This document shows positions 1 through 8,680 of a stretch of 64,000 nt of DNA, piece after piece. Each line of letters begins with the position of its first letter. Position 1 is the stretch's first letter. Source of the stretch: an uncultured Actinomycetes bacterium (GTDB lineage: Bacteria; Actinomycetota; UBA4738; HRBIN12); NCBI GenBank assembly GCA_963708985.1, contig CAVPUQ010000006.1, forward strand, positions 135,451 through 199,450. The letters run 5' to 3'. The notes below the pieces were generated by a model that did no database searches, had not been told where the DNA came from, and was given only the letters and a program-made list of their open reading frames with translations. The translations under genes and the position numbers were made by a program.

Positions 1-348
1 GTCGGGAAGGCCGCGGTGGAGATCTCGGCCTCGCCGAACCCGGTCGTGGTCGGCCGGAGGGTCAGCCATGCGGTGAGCGTCGCGGTGAGCTCACGGCTGG
101 ACGTGTGGGTGAGTGCAGCCGGGTTCGGACAGCCGGGGCTCGGATCGCTCCCCCAAGGCACGTGGACCCAGGAGTGCTGCCCGTCGCAGACGGGGGGAGC
201 GCCGGCGTGGCACTTCCGTTCCGCAGGGCCGGTCCCGCCCGGCAGCTACCGGTTCGGCGCCGATGCACGCCGGGTCGGCACCTACCCATCGACCGCCTCA
301 CTCGGGTTCTCCACAGCGTGGGTGTGGGTGAGGGTCGTGCCGGCCTGA
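1..348 (+). CDS. 3' end of an ORF entering from upstream (hypothetical, partial)
   Basis: Frame 1 is open from base 1 to TGA at 346-348 with GC-rich third positions. No recognisable motif. Confidence 0.3.
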   Translation, partial: VGKAAVEISASPNPVVVGRRVSHAVSVAVSSRLDVWVSAAGFGQPGLGSLPQGTWTQECCPSQTGGAPAWHFRSAGPVPPGSYRFGADARRVGTYPSTASLGFSTAWVWVRVVPA

Positions 349-355
349 CCCGAGC

Positions 356-1003
356 GTGCGGCGAGCCGCGCGAGGGGCGGTAGCATCCGCGTGCGTGGGG
401 CTCGTTCGCCGCCATCCCGTCCTGACCGCGATCCTGGCACTGGTCGGGCTGCTCGTGATCGTCCTCGCCGGCACGGGGTGGGCGGTCTGGTCGGCAGCCC
501 ACACCGACGACGCGCGGCGCGTAGACCGGACGGACGTGATCCTCGTGCTCGGGGCGGCCCAGTACCAGGGCGTGCCCTCGCCGGTCTTCGCCGGTCGGCT
601 CGAGCAAGCCGCCCTGCTCTTCGACCAGGGGCGGGCCGAGCAGGTCGTCGTGCTCGGCGCCGGGCGTCCGGGGGATACGTCGACCGAAGCCGAGGCAGGC
701 CGTGACTTCCTCCTCGAGCAAGGACTGCCCACTGGGTCCGTCGTGGCGTTGCCGGTCGGCGACACGACGTTCGAGAGCCTTCAGGCCGCTGCGGTGTGGA
801 TGCGCGAGCGCGGGCTCGGTACCGCCTTCCTCGTGTCCGACCCGTGGCACAACCTGCGGGTGCGCCGCATGGCCTCGGATCTCGGCATCGAGGGCTACGT
901 CTCGGCGACGTGGCGGTCGGCCGCCAAGAGCGAGCAGACCCGCCTGGAGGGATACGTGCGTGAGACGCTCGCGTACCTCTACTACCGGGTCTTCGGCCAG
1001 TGA
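356..1003 (+). CDS. DUF218 (YdcF/SanA/ElyC-like) membrane-anchored protein
   Basis: 215-aa ORF with an N-terminal TM helix. It then carries 'VILVLGAAQYQG..PSPVFAGRLEQA' and 'FLVSDPWHNLRV' blocks typical of the DUF218 fold. Confidence 0.7.
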   Translation: MRRAARGAVASACVGLVRRHPVLTAILALVGLLVIVLAGTGWAVWSAAHTDDARRVDRTDVILVLGAAQYQGVPSPVFAGRLEQAALLFDQGRAEQVVVLGAGRPGDTSTEAEAGRDFLLEQGLPTGSVVALPVGDTTFESLQAAAVWMRERGLGTAFLVSDPWHNLRVRRMASDLGIEGYVSATWRSAAKSEQTRLEGYVRETLAYLYYRVFGQ

Positions 1004-1042
1004 GCTCGGTCCCGAGGAGCCACGTCCGATGGCCGCGCTAGC

Positions 1043-2054
1043 ATGGCCGGCGTGACGACCCCACGCGAGCGAACCGAGCAGATCGAGCGCGACACGCTCG
1101 CGCCACACGCGACCCTGGCCTCCGCGGGGAAAGGGCGGGAGCAGGACGAGCCGCCGGATCCGCTCCGCACGAGCTTCCAGCGGGACCGAGACCGGATCGT
1201 GCACTCGAAGGCGTTCCGGCGGCTGAAGCACAAGACACAGGTGTTCCTCGCGCCCGAGGGCGACCACTACCGCGTGCGGCTCACGCACACGCTCGAGGTC
1301 TCGCAGATCGCCCGGACCGCCGCACGGGCGCTCCGCCTGAACGAGGACCTGACCGAGGCCATCGCGCTCGGCCACGATCTGGGGCACACGCCGTTCGGGC
1401 ACCTCGGTGAGCAGGCGCTCACGCCCTTCCTCGGCCGGCCGTTCCGGCACAACGAGCAGAGCCTGCGGATCGTCGACCACCTGGAGAACGACGGCAGGGG
1501 GCTGAACCTCACGTGGGAGGTCCGCGACGGGATCTTGAGCCACCCGTGGTCGATGCCCGCCCCCTCGACCCCGGAGGGCCAGGTCGTTCGGTTGGCGGAC
1601 CGGATCGCGTACGTGAACCACGACGTCGACGACGCCATCCGCGCGGGTGTGCTCGCGTCGGACGAGCTGCCGCGCGAGGCGCTCGACGTGCTGGGCTGGA
1701 CGCACGGTGAGCGCATCAACACGCTGGTCACCGACGTCGTCAAGAGCAGCGCCGACTCGCCCGAGGTGCGCCTGTCCGACGCGGTCTTCCGCGCGCTCGA
1801 CGTGCTTCGCGACTTCCTGTTCGAGCGCGTCTACCTGCGGGACGCAGGCCCGCTCCGAGCAGGAGAAGACGATCGCGCTCGTGCGGACGCTCTTCGCGTA
1901 CTACCTCGACCATCCCGACGCGGTGCCGTCGGAGTACCATCGGGCCCCGGGGGACCTTCCCACCCGCATCGCCGACTACATCGCCGGCATGACGGATCGG
2001 TACGCCCTCCGGACGTACGAGCAGCTCTTCCTTCCCCAGGGCTGGTTGCTGTAG
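1043..2054 (+). pseudogene. dgt: dGTP triphosphohydrolase-like HD-domain protein, with one apparent frameshift near 1845-1855
   Basis: '[15 protein letters not shown]', '[13 protein letters not shown]', '[11 protein letters not shown]' and '[12 protein letters not shown]' lie in ORF 1043... The C-terminus '[20 protein letters not shown]' continues in the next frame (ORF 1647..2054). Confidence 0.85.
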
Positions 2055-2100
2055 GGACGGGATCGAGCAGTGAAGCGGTAGCCCGAGGGCGGGGGAGCGC

Positions 2101-3882
2101 GTGGCGGGGAAGATCCGGGAGGAAGACCTCGAGACGGTCCGCGAGCGGACCGACATCGTCAAGCTCGTTTCGGGCTACCTGACCCTGAAGAAGTCTGGAC
2201 ACGACTCGTTCAGCGGCCTATGCCCGTTCCACACGGAGAAGACGCCCTCGTTCTCGGTCTCGCCGAGCAAGGGCGTCTACTACTGCTTCGGCTGCGGAGC
2301 GGGTGGCGACGCGATCCGGTTCCTGCGCGAGGTCGAGCACCTGGAGTTCTCCGACGCGGTCGAGCACCTGGCGAAGGAGGCCGGCGTCACCCTGCGGTAC
2401 GAGGGCGACTCGCCGGCCGAGCGCCGAGCGGCCTCGCGGAAGCAGGCGCTCCACCGCGCGAACGAGGAGGCGTTCGGGCTCTACCACCGCATGCTGCTCG
2501 ATGGCCGCGAGGGAGAGGAGGCGCGCGCGTATCTGACCTCGCGCGGGTTCGACCGCGACGCCTGGGTCGAGTTCGGCGTGGGCTACGCACCCGGCTACCC
2601 GGACTTCCTGCTGCGGCGGCTGGCGAAGAGCCTGTCGGCCGAGATCCTGGTCGAGGCCGGGCTCGCGATCCGCGACAACGAGGGAAGCGTGCGCGACCGG
2701 TTCCGTGGCAGGATCACGTTCCCCGTCCACGACCTGTCCGGGCGCGCGGTCGGCATCGGCGCGCGGGCCCTGCCGGGCGGACGCGACGATGGGCCGAAGT
2801 ACCTCAACTCGCCCGAGACGCCGATCTACCGCAAGGGCGAGGTCCTCTACAACCTGCAGCGAGCGAAGGGCGCGGTCGCGAGGACCGGGGAGGTCTTCGT
2901 CGTCGAGGGCTACACCGACGTCATCGCGATGGCTCGAGCGGGAGTCGAGAACGCGGTCGCGACCTGCGGCACCGCTCTCGGCGAGGGGCACTTCCGGCTC
3001 GCGTCCCGGTTCGCGCAGCGCATGGTGCTCGCCTTCGACTCGGACGAGGCCGGCGCGCGGGCCGCCGAGCGCGCGTACGCGTTCCTCGAGGCGTTCCCCG
3101 TCCAGCCGGTGGTCCTCATCCTGCCCGAGGGACTGGACCCGGCCGACTTCATGCGCGAGCACGGCGGAGACGCGCTCCGCGAGCTCGCGGGGCGGGCGGA
3201 ACCGCTGGTCGAGTACATGATCCGGAGGACCGTGGGACGCCACGACCTGTCCAGCGTCGAGGGCCAGACGGCCGCGGTCGCCGCCGCCCTCCCGGTGCTC
3301 GAAGGGCTCGTCGACCCCGTGCGCCGCAGCGAGTACGCTCACCTGCTCGCCGAGCTCGCCGACGTGACCGAGGGCTCGGTCGTGCTCGCGCTCCAGCGGC
3401 GGATGGCCGGCAGGCCGGTCGAGCTCGAGAAGACCGTGAGGCGAGCGTCGGCCCAGGAGAGGGTGGAGCGCGAGATGCTCCGACTCCTCGCGCGGGATCC
3501 AGACGTGTACCGGAGCATCGCGCCGCGTCTGAACGAAGAGCACTTCCACACGGCGACCAGCCGCAAGCTCTTCGGCTCGCTCCTCGCGGCGGAGGGTGAC
3601 GTCCGCTCGTTCGTCGAGACCAACCAGGACGAGAAGATGGTGCGGGCGCTCTCGGCCCTCGCGCTCGAGCCGCTCGACGGCGAGGCGAGCGCGGGCTATG
3701 CCCAGGACGTGTGGAGGCGGCTCCAGGAGTTCCGCCTGAAGCGCCAGAGCGCGGAGCTGCGGCAGCGGCTGCAGAAGCTGAACCCCACGACCGACCCCGC
3801 GTACGACGAGCTGTTCCGCCGACTCATCGAGACCGATGGCGAGCTCCGCCGTCTCCGGGAGCACGGCGGCGTCCCCGCCTGA
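2101..3882 (+). CDS. dnaG: DNA primase
   Basis: 593-aa ORF with a GTG start. It has the zinc finger '[30 protein letters not shown]' and the TOPRIM motif '[12 protein letters not shown]'. Confidence 0.95.
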   Translation: MAGKIREEDLETVRERTDIVKLVSGYLTLKKSGHDSFSGLCPFHTEKTPSFSVSPSKGVYYCFGCGAGGDAIRFLREVEHLEFSDAVEHLAKEAGVTLRYEGDSPAERRAASRKQALHRANEEAFGLYHRMLLDGREGEEARAYLTSRGFDRDAWVEFGVGYAPGYPDFLLRRLAKSLSAEILVEAGLAIRDNEGSVRDRFRGRITFPVHDLSGRAVGIGARALPGGRDDGPKYLNSPETPIYRKGEVLYNLQRAKGAVARTGEVFVVEGYTDVIAMARAGVENAVATCGTALGEGHFRLASRFAQRMVLAFDSDEAGARAAERAYAFLEAFPVQPVVLILPEGLDPADFMREHGGDALRELAGRAEPLVEYMIRRTVGRHDLSSVEGQTAAVAAALPVLEGLVDPVRRSEYAHLLAELADVTEGSVVLALQRRMAGRPVELEKTVRRASAQERVEREMLRLLARDPDVYRSIAPRLNEEHFHTATSRKLFGSLLAAEGDVRSFVETNQDEKMVRALSALALEPLDGEASAGYAQDVWRRLQEFRLKRQSAELRQRLQKLNPTTDPAYDELFRRLIETDGELRRLREHGGVPA

Positions 3883-3965
3883 CGTGTCGGCGACACCAAG
3901 GGTCGCCGTCGGTGCCATCTCGTACACTTCCCGGGCGTTCCGACCCCCGCGCGCAAGGAGCCCCG

Positions 3966-5270
3966 TTGACGGAAGCGGCCCGCGACCTGGGCTTGGAGGA
4001 AGCGAAGGAAGCGATCACCGCACGCGGGCGTGAGCGTGGGTTCGTCACTTCCGAAGACCTCCTGGAAGCCGTCCCCGTCGACGATTTCACGCCGGAGCAG
4101 GTCGAGGAGTTCCTCACGCATGTCGAGGAGCACCTGCGCGGCGAGGGCATCGAGGTCATCGAGGTCCCTGGCGACGACTCGGACGCGACCGCCGTCAGAA
4201 CGCTGGAGGTCGACCTCCTCAAGGCGCCCACGAACGACCCGGTGCGGATGTACCTGAAGGAGATCGGCAAGGTCCCGCTCCTCACGGCCGCGCAAGAGGT
4301 GGACCTCGCGCGCCGGATCGAGGCGGGGGAGTTCGCTACCGAGCTGCGCGAGTCGATCGAGGACGAGGGGAAGATCGACACGAAGCAGCTGAGGCGCGTC
4401 GTGGAGTCGGTCATCGCGATACGGGAGCATCAGATCGAGAAGTTCGGCAAGGTCGAGGGGATCGGGCGCACCAGGATCCCGAAGACCTATCGACCCAAGA
4501 CGCGCGAGGATCTCAACGACTTCCTACGGCGGGTCGAGCGCGACGGCCAGCTCGCCAAGCGCAAGCTGATCGAGGCGAACCTCCGCCTGGTCGTGTCGAT
4601 CGCCAAGCGCTACGTCGGACGAGGGATGCTGTTCCTCGACCTGATCCAGGAGGGCAACCTCGGCCTGATCCGCGCGGTCGAGAAGTTCGCCTACTCGAAG
4701 GGCTTCAAGTTCTCCACGTACGCGACCTGGTGGATCCGCCAGGCCATCACCCGCGCCATCGCGGACCAGGCGCGCACGATCCGGATCCCCGTGCACATGG
4801 TGGAGACGATCAACAAGCTCGTGCGGATCCAACGTCAGCTCCTGCAGGATCTCGGCCGTGAGCCCGCGCCCGACGAGATCGGCAAGCAGATGGGTATCCC
4901 GCCGGACAAGGTCCGCGAGATCCTCAAGGTGAGTCAGGAGCCGGTCAGCCTCGAGACGCCGATCGGAGAGGAGGAGGACTCCCACCTCGGCGACTTCATC
5001 GAGGACTCGGACGCCGTCGTACCGGTGGACGCGGCCAGCTTCATCCTGTTGCAGGAGCAGCTCGAGTCTGTGCTCCACACGCTGTCCGAGCGCGAGAAGA
5101 AGGTCATCCAGCTCCGGTTCGGCCTGCTCGACGGCCACCCGCGCACGCTCGAGGAGGTCGGCCGGGAGTTCGGCGTCACCCGTGAGCGCATCCGCCAGAT
5201 CGAGAGCAAGACGCTGTCGAAGCTGCGCCACCCGAGCCGCAGCCAGAAGCTCCGCGACTACCTCGAGTAG
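3966..5270 (+). CDS. rpoD: Primary (group 1) RNA polymerase sigma factor
   Basis: Regions 1.2-4 are recognisable: '[16 protein letters not shown]', '[17 protein letters not shown]', '[27 protein letters not shown]' and '[27 protein letters not shown]'. The likely start is TTG 3966, preceded by AAGGAG at 3955-3960. The longer ORF from 3711 overlaps the dnaG 3' end. Confidence 0.93.
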   Translation: MTEAARDLGLEEAKEAITARGRERGFVTSEDLLEAVPVDDFTPEQVEEFLTHVEEHLRGEGIEVIEVPGDDSDATAVRTLEVDLLKAPTNDPVRMYLKEIGKVPLLTAAQEVDLARRIEAGEFATELRESIEDEGKIDTKQLRRVVESVIAIREHQIEKFGKVEGIGRTRIPKTYRPKTREDLNDFLRRVERDGQLAKRKLIEANLRLVVSIAKRYVGRGMLFLDLIQEGNLGLIRAVEKFAYSKGFKFSTYATWWIRQAITRAIADQARTIRIPVHMVETINKLVRIQRQLLQDLGREPAPDEIGKQMGIPPDKVREILKVSQEPVSLETPIGEEEDSHLGDFIEDSDAVVPVDAASFILLQEQLESVLHTLSEREKKVIQLRFGLLDGHPRTLEEVGREFGVTRERIRQIESKTLSKLRHPSRSQKLRDYLE

Positions 5271-5285
5271 CCGTTCTCCGCGCCG

Positions 5286-5549
5286 TCAGTTCAACGACAC
5301 GTCGTCGGCGTTGGCCTCGAGACGCCGCTGGATGTTCGCGCGGGCGCGGCGGATCGCGTCCAGGCCTCGCTCGCCGGTCAGGTCGACCACCCGGCGACCG
5401 AATCCCTGCGCCGAGGGATGCCGGGTCATCGAGCCCGCGATGCCACGCGCTTCGGCCCGAGCTTCCACCTCCACGCCCCGCTGCCGCATGCGTAAGGCCA
5501 CGGCCCAGCCGAGCGCGAACCCGACGGCCGCTCCCGTGATGAACCTCAT
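5286..5549 (-). CDS. Small hypothetical protein with an N-terminal hydrophobic helix
   Basis: ORF 5286..5594. The internal start 'MRFITGAAVGFALGWAVAL' gives a plausible small membrane-anchored protein. It is convergent with rpoD. Confidence 0.4.
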   Translation of the reverse strand: MRFITGAAVGFALGWAVALRMRQRGVEVEARAEARGIAGSMTRHPSAQGFGRRVVDLTGERGLDAIRRARANIQRRLEANADDVSLN

Positions 5550-5646
5550 CGCATGCACTCCGCTCGGTCGGTCTCGGGCAGCGTAGCCCATCACGTGGAG
5601 TACCGCTGGCGCGCGAAAGGCCGCTGGTAGACTGCCTCGGCTTCAT

Positions 5647-5719
5647 TCCGGGGTAGCTCAATTGGCAGAGCGGCGGACTGTTAATCCGTAGGTTGAGAGT
5701 TCGAGTCTCTCCCCCGGAG
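5647..5719 (+). tRNA. tRNA-Asn (anticodon GTT)
   Basis: The cloverleaf folds by hand. The acceptor is tccgggg/ccccgga and the D stem gctc/gagc. The anticodon loop is ctGTTaa and the T arm gagag-ttcgagt-ctctc. Confidence 0.9.
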
Positions 5720-5914
5720 CCCGCGTTCCCGCAGGTCACGGCCACTCTCGAGCAGTCCTGAGGTGTTCGGATCCGTCGGCCTTGGGAAGAATCTGGGGCG
5801 AATCGAATCACGACCGAGGGACAGGTCCGACCCGCTCGCGAGTTCTGCCAGGGTCAATTGGCCCTGGCCCGGAGTGGTGGCTCGGACTTCGGTTCGTCGT
5901 GGGGTTGGGCTGAC

Positions 5915-6538
5915 ATGTCGCTCCCAACAGACGCCACCAGAGACCATCGCTCAGTTCCCCTCCTACTTCTGGCGGCGCTCACGGTCATATGCGGCCTGGT
6001 CGCCGTCACGGCTCCGTCGACACTTGGTCACCCGGGGACGTGGTGGGCCTGGCGCTATCAGGAACCCGCGTGGCCCATCGGCGTCGGAATGCTCTGGGTG
6101 AGTTGTGGGGTCGGCGCGGCACTGGTGGCACGGCGTCCGAAAGTGGCCGCGACCCTCTTGCTGGTCGCCGCCATCTCCCAGTCGCTCGCGCTCGGCTCGG
6201 GATGCCTCGACCCCGGGTGCGACTACGGCTGGTGGCACGACAAGACGAAGGCCATCGGGGCGCTCGATGCCGCGGCTGCGCTAATCGCGTTCGGGAGCGG
6301 GTTCGTGCTCGGGCGTGTCTTCGCGGCTCCGCGCTCTCGGCTTCCGTGGACCGTCCTCGCGACGATCTTCGCGATCCTGGCCCTCCTGGAGCTCGGCGCG
6401 ACAGCACTGATGATGGCGCTGCGTGATGTGGCGGGGTTTAGCCTGACGGCGATCGCGAACGCGCTCATGCTCGGGATCACCCTTGGCGCGGTGGCCGGGT
6501 ACTCGATCGGGCGAGCGAGCATCCACCCCACCCGCTGA
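5915..6538 (+). CDS. Hypothetical multi-pass membrane protein
   Basis: ORF 5858..6538 contains several hydrophobic helices (for example 'LLLLAALTVICGLVAV' and 'ILALLELGATALMMAL'). No family was recognised. Confidence 0.35.
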   Translation: MSLPTDATRDHRSVPLLLLAALTVICGLVAVTAPSTLGHPGTWWAWRYQEPAWPIGVGMLWVSCGVGAALVARRPKVAATLLLVAAISQSLALGSGCLDPGCDYGWWHDKTKAIGALDAAAALIAFGSGFVLGRVFAAPRSRLPWTVLATIFAILALLELGATALMMALRDVAGFSLTAIANALMLGITLGAVAGYSIGRASIHPTR

Positions 6539-6561
6539 CTAGGGGCAGGCGCTAGGCTCCT

Positions 6562-6771
6562 ATGCTCCCCCGAAGCATGATGACCGTTCGCGACCTCGCC
6601 GAGTACCTCGGCGTGAGCCGTCAGCCTGTCGAGGCGATCTGGCGCAGCGCCCACCACGGCTTCCCATCCCCGGTGGGGAAGACGCCCACCGGCCGCGTGT
6701 GGGATCGCGTCGAGGTCGAGGCCTGGGCAAGGGCGCGGTGGTGGGGAACGCGTACGTGGAGCACGCCGTAG
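6562..6771 (+). CDS. Helix-turn-helix DNA-binding protein, excisionase/AlpA-like
   Basis: 'MTVRDLAEYLGVSRQPVEAIWR...GRVWDRVEVEAWA' matches the short MerR-superfamily Xis/AlpA pattern. It lies in the tRNA-Asn-adjacent islet. Confidence 0.55.
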   Translation: MLPRSMMTVRDLAEYLGVSRQPVEAIWRSAHHGFPSPVGKTPTGRVWDRVEVEAWARARWWGTRTWSTP

Positions 6772-7052
6772 CGCGAGTGTCGTGCTATGTCTCTACGACC
6801 GGCTCGGCGCCGGATGCGCCGCCCTAGACCTCCTTGTACCCCCCCGTGATAGACCTCGACTTGGGGTGGGAGGCCCGGATCGCCGACTTCTTGGGAACGG
6901 CCTTCTTCAGCGCGAGGAGCTGTGCGACCGGCCGAGAGCTGTGGACGGTCGCTCCCGGGTAGGAGTCGTTCTTCGGCTGTGCCTGGCAGCCCCTCCCCTC
7001 GACGGGGCATCCGGCCCTGGCTAGATCGACTCGCCACCGCGAGGCTCAAGCA

Positions 7053-7091
7053 GTTCGTTCGCATCGGAGGGCGCACGCTTCCCACGGGAGG
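7053..7091 (+). promoter_or_regulatory. Conserved ~40-nt leader element, copy 1 (partner on the minus strand at 40513-40554)
   Basis: 'gttcgttcgcatcggagggcgcacgcttcccacgggagg' lies about 30 nt upstream of ATG 7122. A near-identical sequence occurs upstream of the secreted-protein locus at 40.4-40.5 kb. Confidence 0.35.
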
Positions 7092-7121
7092 AGCGCGCCC
7101 CCCAACAGGGAGGCGGGGAAG

Positions 7122-8114
7122 ATGCATAGGGAGATCATCCCGGACGGTTCTGCTCACAGGCGCCGCGTGCTGGGACGCACGTCGGCCTTCGGCGTTGTCG
7201 TAACGCTCGCCCTGGTCGTCGGGCAGTTCGCGGTATGGGCACCCTCGGCGGGTGCCGGTTCCGCGACCTGCTGGGTGAAGAACATGACGACGTATGTCAC
7301 AGGCTCCGACCTGCAGGCAGCCATCGATGCTGCCAGTCCCGGAGACACCCTGAAGGTCAGGGGCGTGTGCCACGGGAGTTTCGCCATCGACAGGGACCTC
7401 ACCTTGGCGGGCCCGGCGACGCTCGACGGCGAGACGTGCGACGGGCAGTACTGCGGCCAGGGCATCGTCCTGCGCGTAGACGCAGGGAACGTCTCACTCA
7501 GGAACCTGACGATCACGAACGGATACTCCACCTACGAGGGTGGCGGCATCTGGAACTACGGCACTCTCACCCTGAGGGGTTGCTCCTCGGTGACCGGGAA
7601 CTGGGCGGAGGACGGTGCCGGCGGGATCTACAACCTCGGTACCCTCACCCTGAACAGCTTCTCCTCGGTGAACGGGAACTGGCTCTACTACGTTGGCAAC
7701 GGCGGCGGGATCTGGAACGTTGGCACGCTCATCCTGAACGGCGAGTCCTCGGCGAGCGGGAACTCCGGTGCCTTCGGTGCCGGGATCTACAACGATGGCA
7801 CCGTGATCCTGCGGGGCTGGGCCTCCTCGGTGAGCGGGAACTCCGGCGACCAGGGCGGTGGGATCTTCAACCGCGGCACCGTCAGCATGAGGGGCGGGTC
7901 CTCGGTGAGTGGGAACACGGCCGCCGAGTATGGCGGCGGCATCTTCAACGATGACGGCGGCGTCCTCACCCTGAGGCTCTCATCCTCGGTGACCGGGAAC
8001 ACAGCAGGCTCCGGCGGCGGGATCTATGACTTGGGCACCGTCAAGTTCTGGCCGTACTGGAACGGGACCGTTTGCGGGAACGACCCCGACGACTGGCCGG
8101 GATGCCAGTCATAG
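7122..8114 (+). CDS. Secreted right-handed beta-helix protein with polymorphic-outer-membrane-protein (PMP)-type repeats
   Basis: It has an N-terminal signal/TM segment. About seven tandem ~24-aa repeats follow, of the form 'GGGI[WYF]N.GT[LV].L.G.SSV.GN'. Confidence 0.7.
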   Translation: MHREIIPDGSAHRRRVLGRTSAFGVVVTLALVVGQFAVWAPSAGAGSATCWVKNMTTYVTGSDLQAAIDAASPGDTLKVRGVCHGSFAIDRDLTLAGPATLDGETCDGQYCGQGIVLRVDAGNVSLRNLTITNGYSTYEGGGIWNYGTLTLRGCSSVTGNWAEDGAGGIYNLGTLTLNSFSSVNGNWLYYVGNGGGIWNVGTLILNGESSASGNSGAFGAGIYNDGTVILRGWASSVSGNSGDQGGGIFNRGTVSMRGGSSVSGNTAAEYGGGIFNDDGGVLTLRLSSSVTGNTAGSGGGIYDLGTVKFWPYWNGTVCGNDPDDWPGCQS

Positions 8115-8149
8115 GCCAAGAGCCGTCACGATAGGAGCGGTGGTCGTCG

Positions 8150-8644
8150 GGATGGATTCGGGAAGGGCTAGGGGCTTGCGCGTCGAGGGAACCTTGCAGC
8201 GCGTCGGCCGGGGAGCTCCGCCTACTCGCGCCGAAGACGGAGCGCGGCCGACGCATGATTCCCATCCCGCGAGCGTCGCCGCGATGCTGAAGCGCGTTCG
8301 GACCGAGCAGCACGAGCGAAGGTTGCTCTGCGGGCCGGCGTGGCACGACGGTGGCTATGTGTTCGATCGAGGAGACGGTCGGCCGGTGGATCCCGACACG
8401 TTCGGCAAGGCTCGGTGCAGCGCGGAAGGTGGCAGAGCTCGATGGCGTGCGGCTGCACGACTTGCGCCACTCGTTCGCCTCCATGTTGGTCGCGGACGGG
8501 ACGAACGCGCGAATCGTGAGCGACCTGCTGGGCCACAGCACGGTCGCGTTCACATTGATGACGTATGTGCATCCGGACCAGCAGACGGCAGCCGCCGCGA
8601 TCGACGCAGCCGAGGCGCTGCTCGGGTCGGCGCTCGGCGGGTAG
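8150..8644 (+). pseudogene. Tyrosine recombinase (phage integrase family), C-terminal catalytic fragment only, frameshifted
   Basis: 'GTLQRVG', 'ELRLLAPKTERGRRMIPIP' (shifted frame), 'ASVAAMLKRVRTEQ' and 'WHDGGYVFDRGDGRPVDPDTF' are present. 'HDLRHSFASMLVADG...LGHSTVAFTLMTYVH' follows in ORF 8351..8644. The N-terminal half is absent. Confidence 0.75.
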
Positions 8645-8680
8645 GAGGCCCGGGACGGAATCCGGGACGGAATCGTCCCC

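Noticed and set aside
62-1705. 547-aa minus-strand ORF, and many other very long ORFs antisense to real genes (for example 17625..21530 +, 23121..26150 -, 55963..57900 +, 57964..59694 +, 62260..63633 +)
   Set aside because: Their translations are Arg/Pro/Gly/Ala-rich low-complexity strings with no motifs, and they lie opposite genes with clear family signatures. This is typical stop-codon depletion in high-GC DNA. That 17625..21530 and the real kinase 55288..59193 are both 1301 aa is a coincidence.
7530-8040. Periodic ~72-bp repetition that could be mistaken for a CRISPR-like or tandem-repeat array; similar periodicity occurs inside both PAS kinases
   Set aside because: The repeats are in frame and encode protein repeats (PMP units and PAS-domain linkers). 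There is no repeat-spacer architecture and there are no cas genes in the window.
8650-8673. Tandem 2 x 12-bp repeat (ccgggacggaat) between the integrase remnant and the MttB stop, considered as a possible attR
   Set aside because: It is too short, has no similarity to the tRNA-Asn 3' end, and no second copy was found. It is recorded only as a possible boundary marker.
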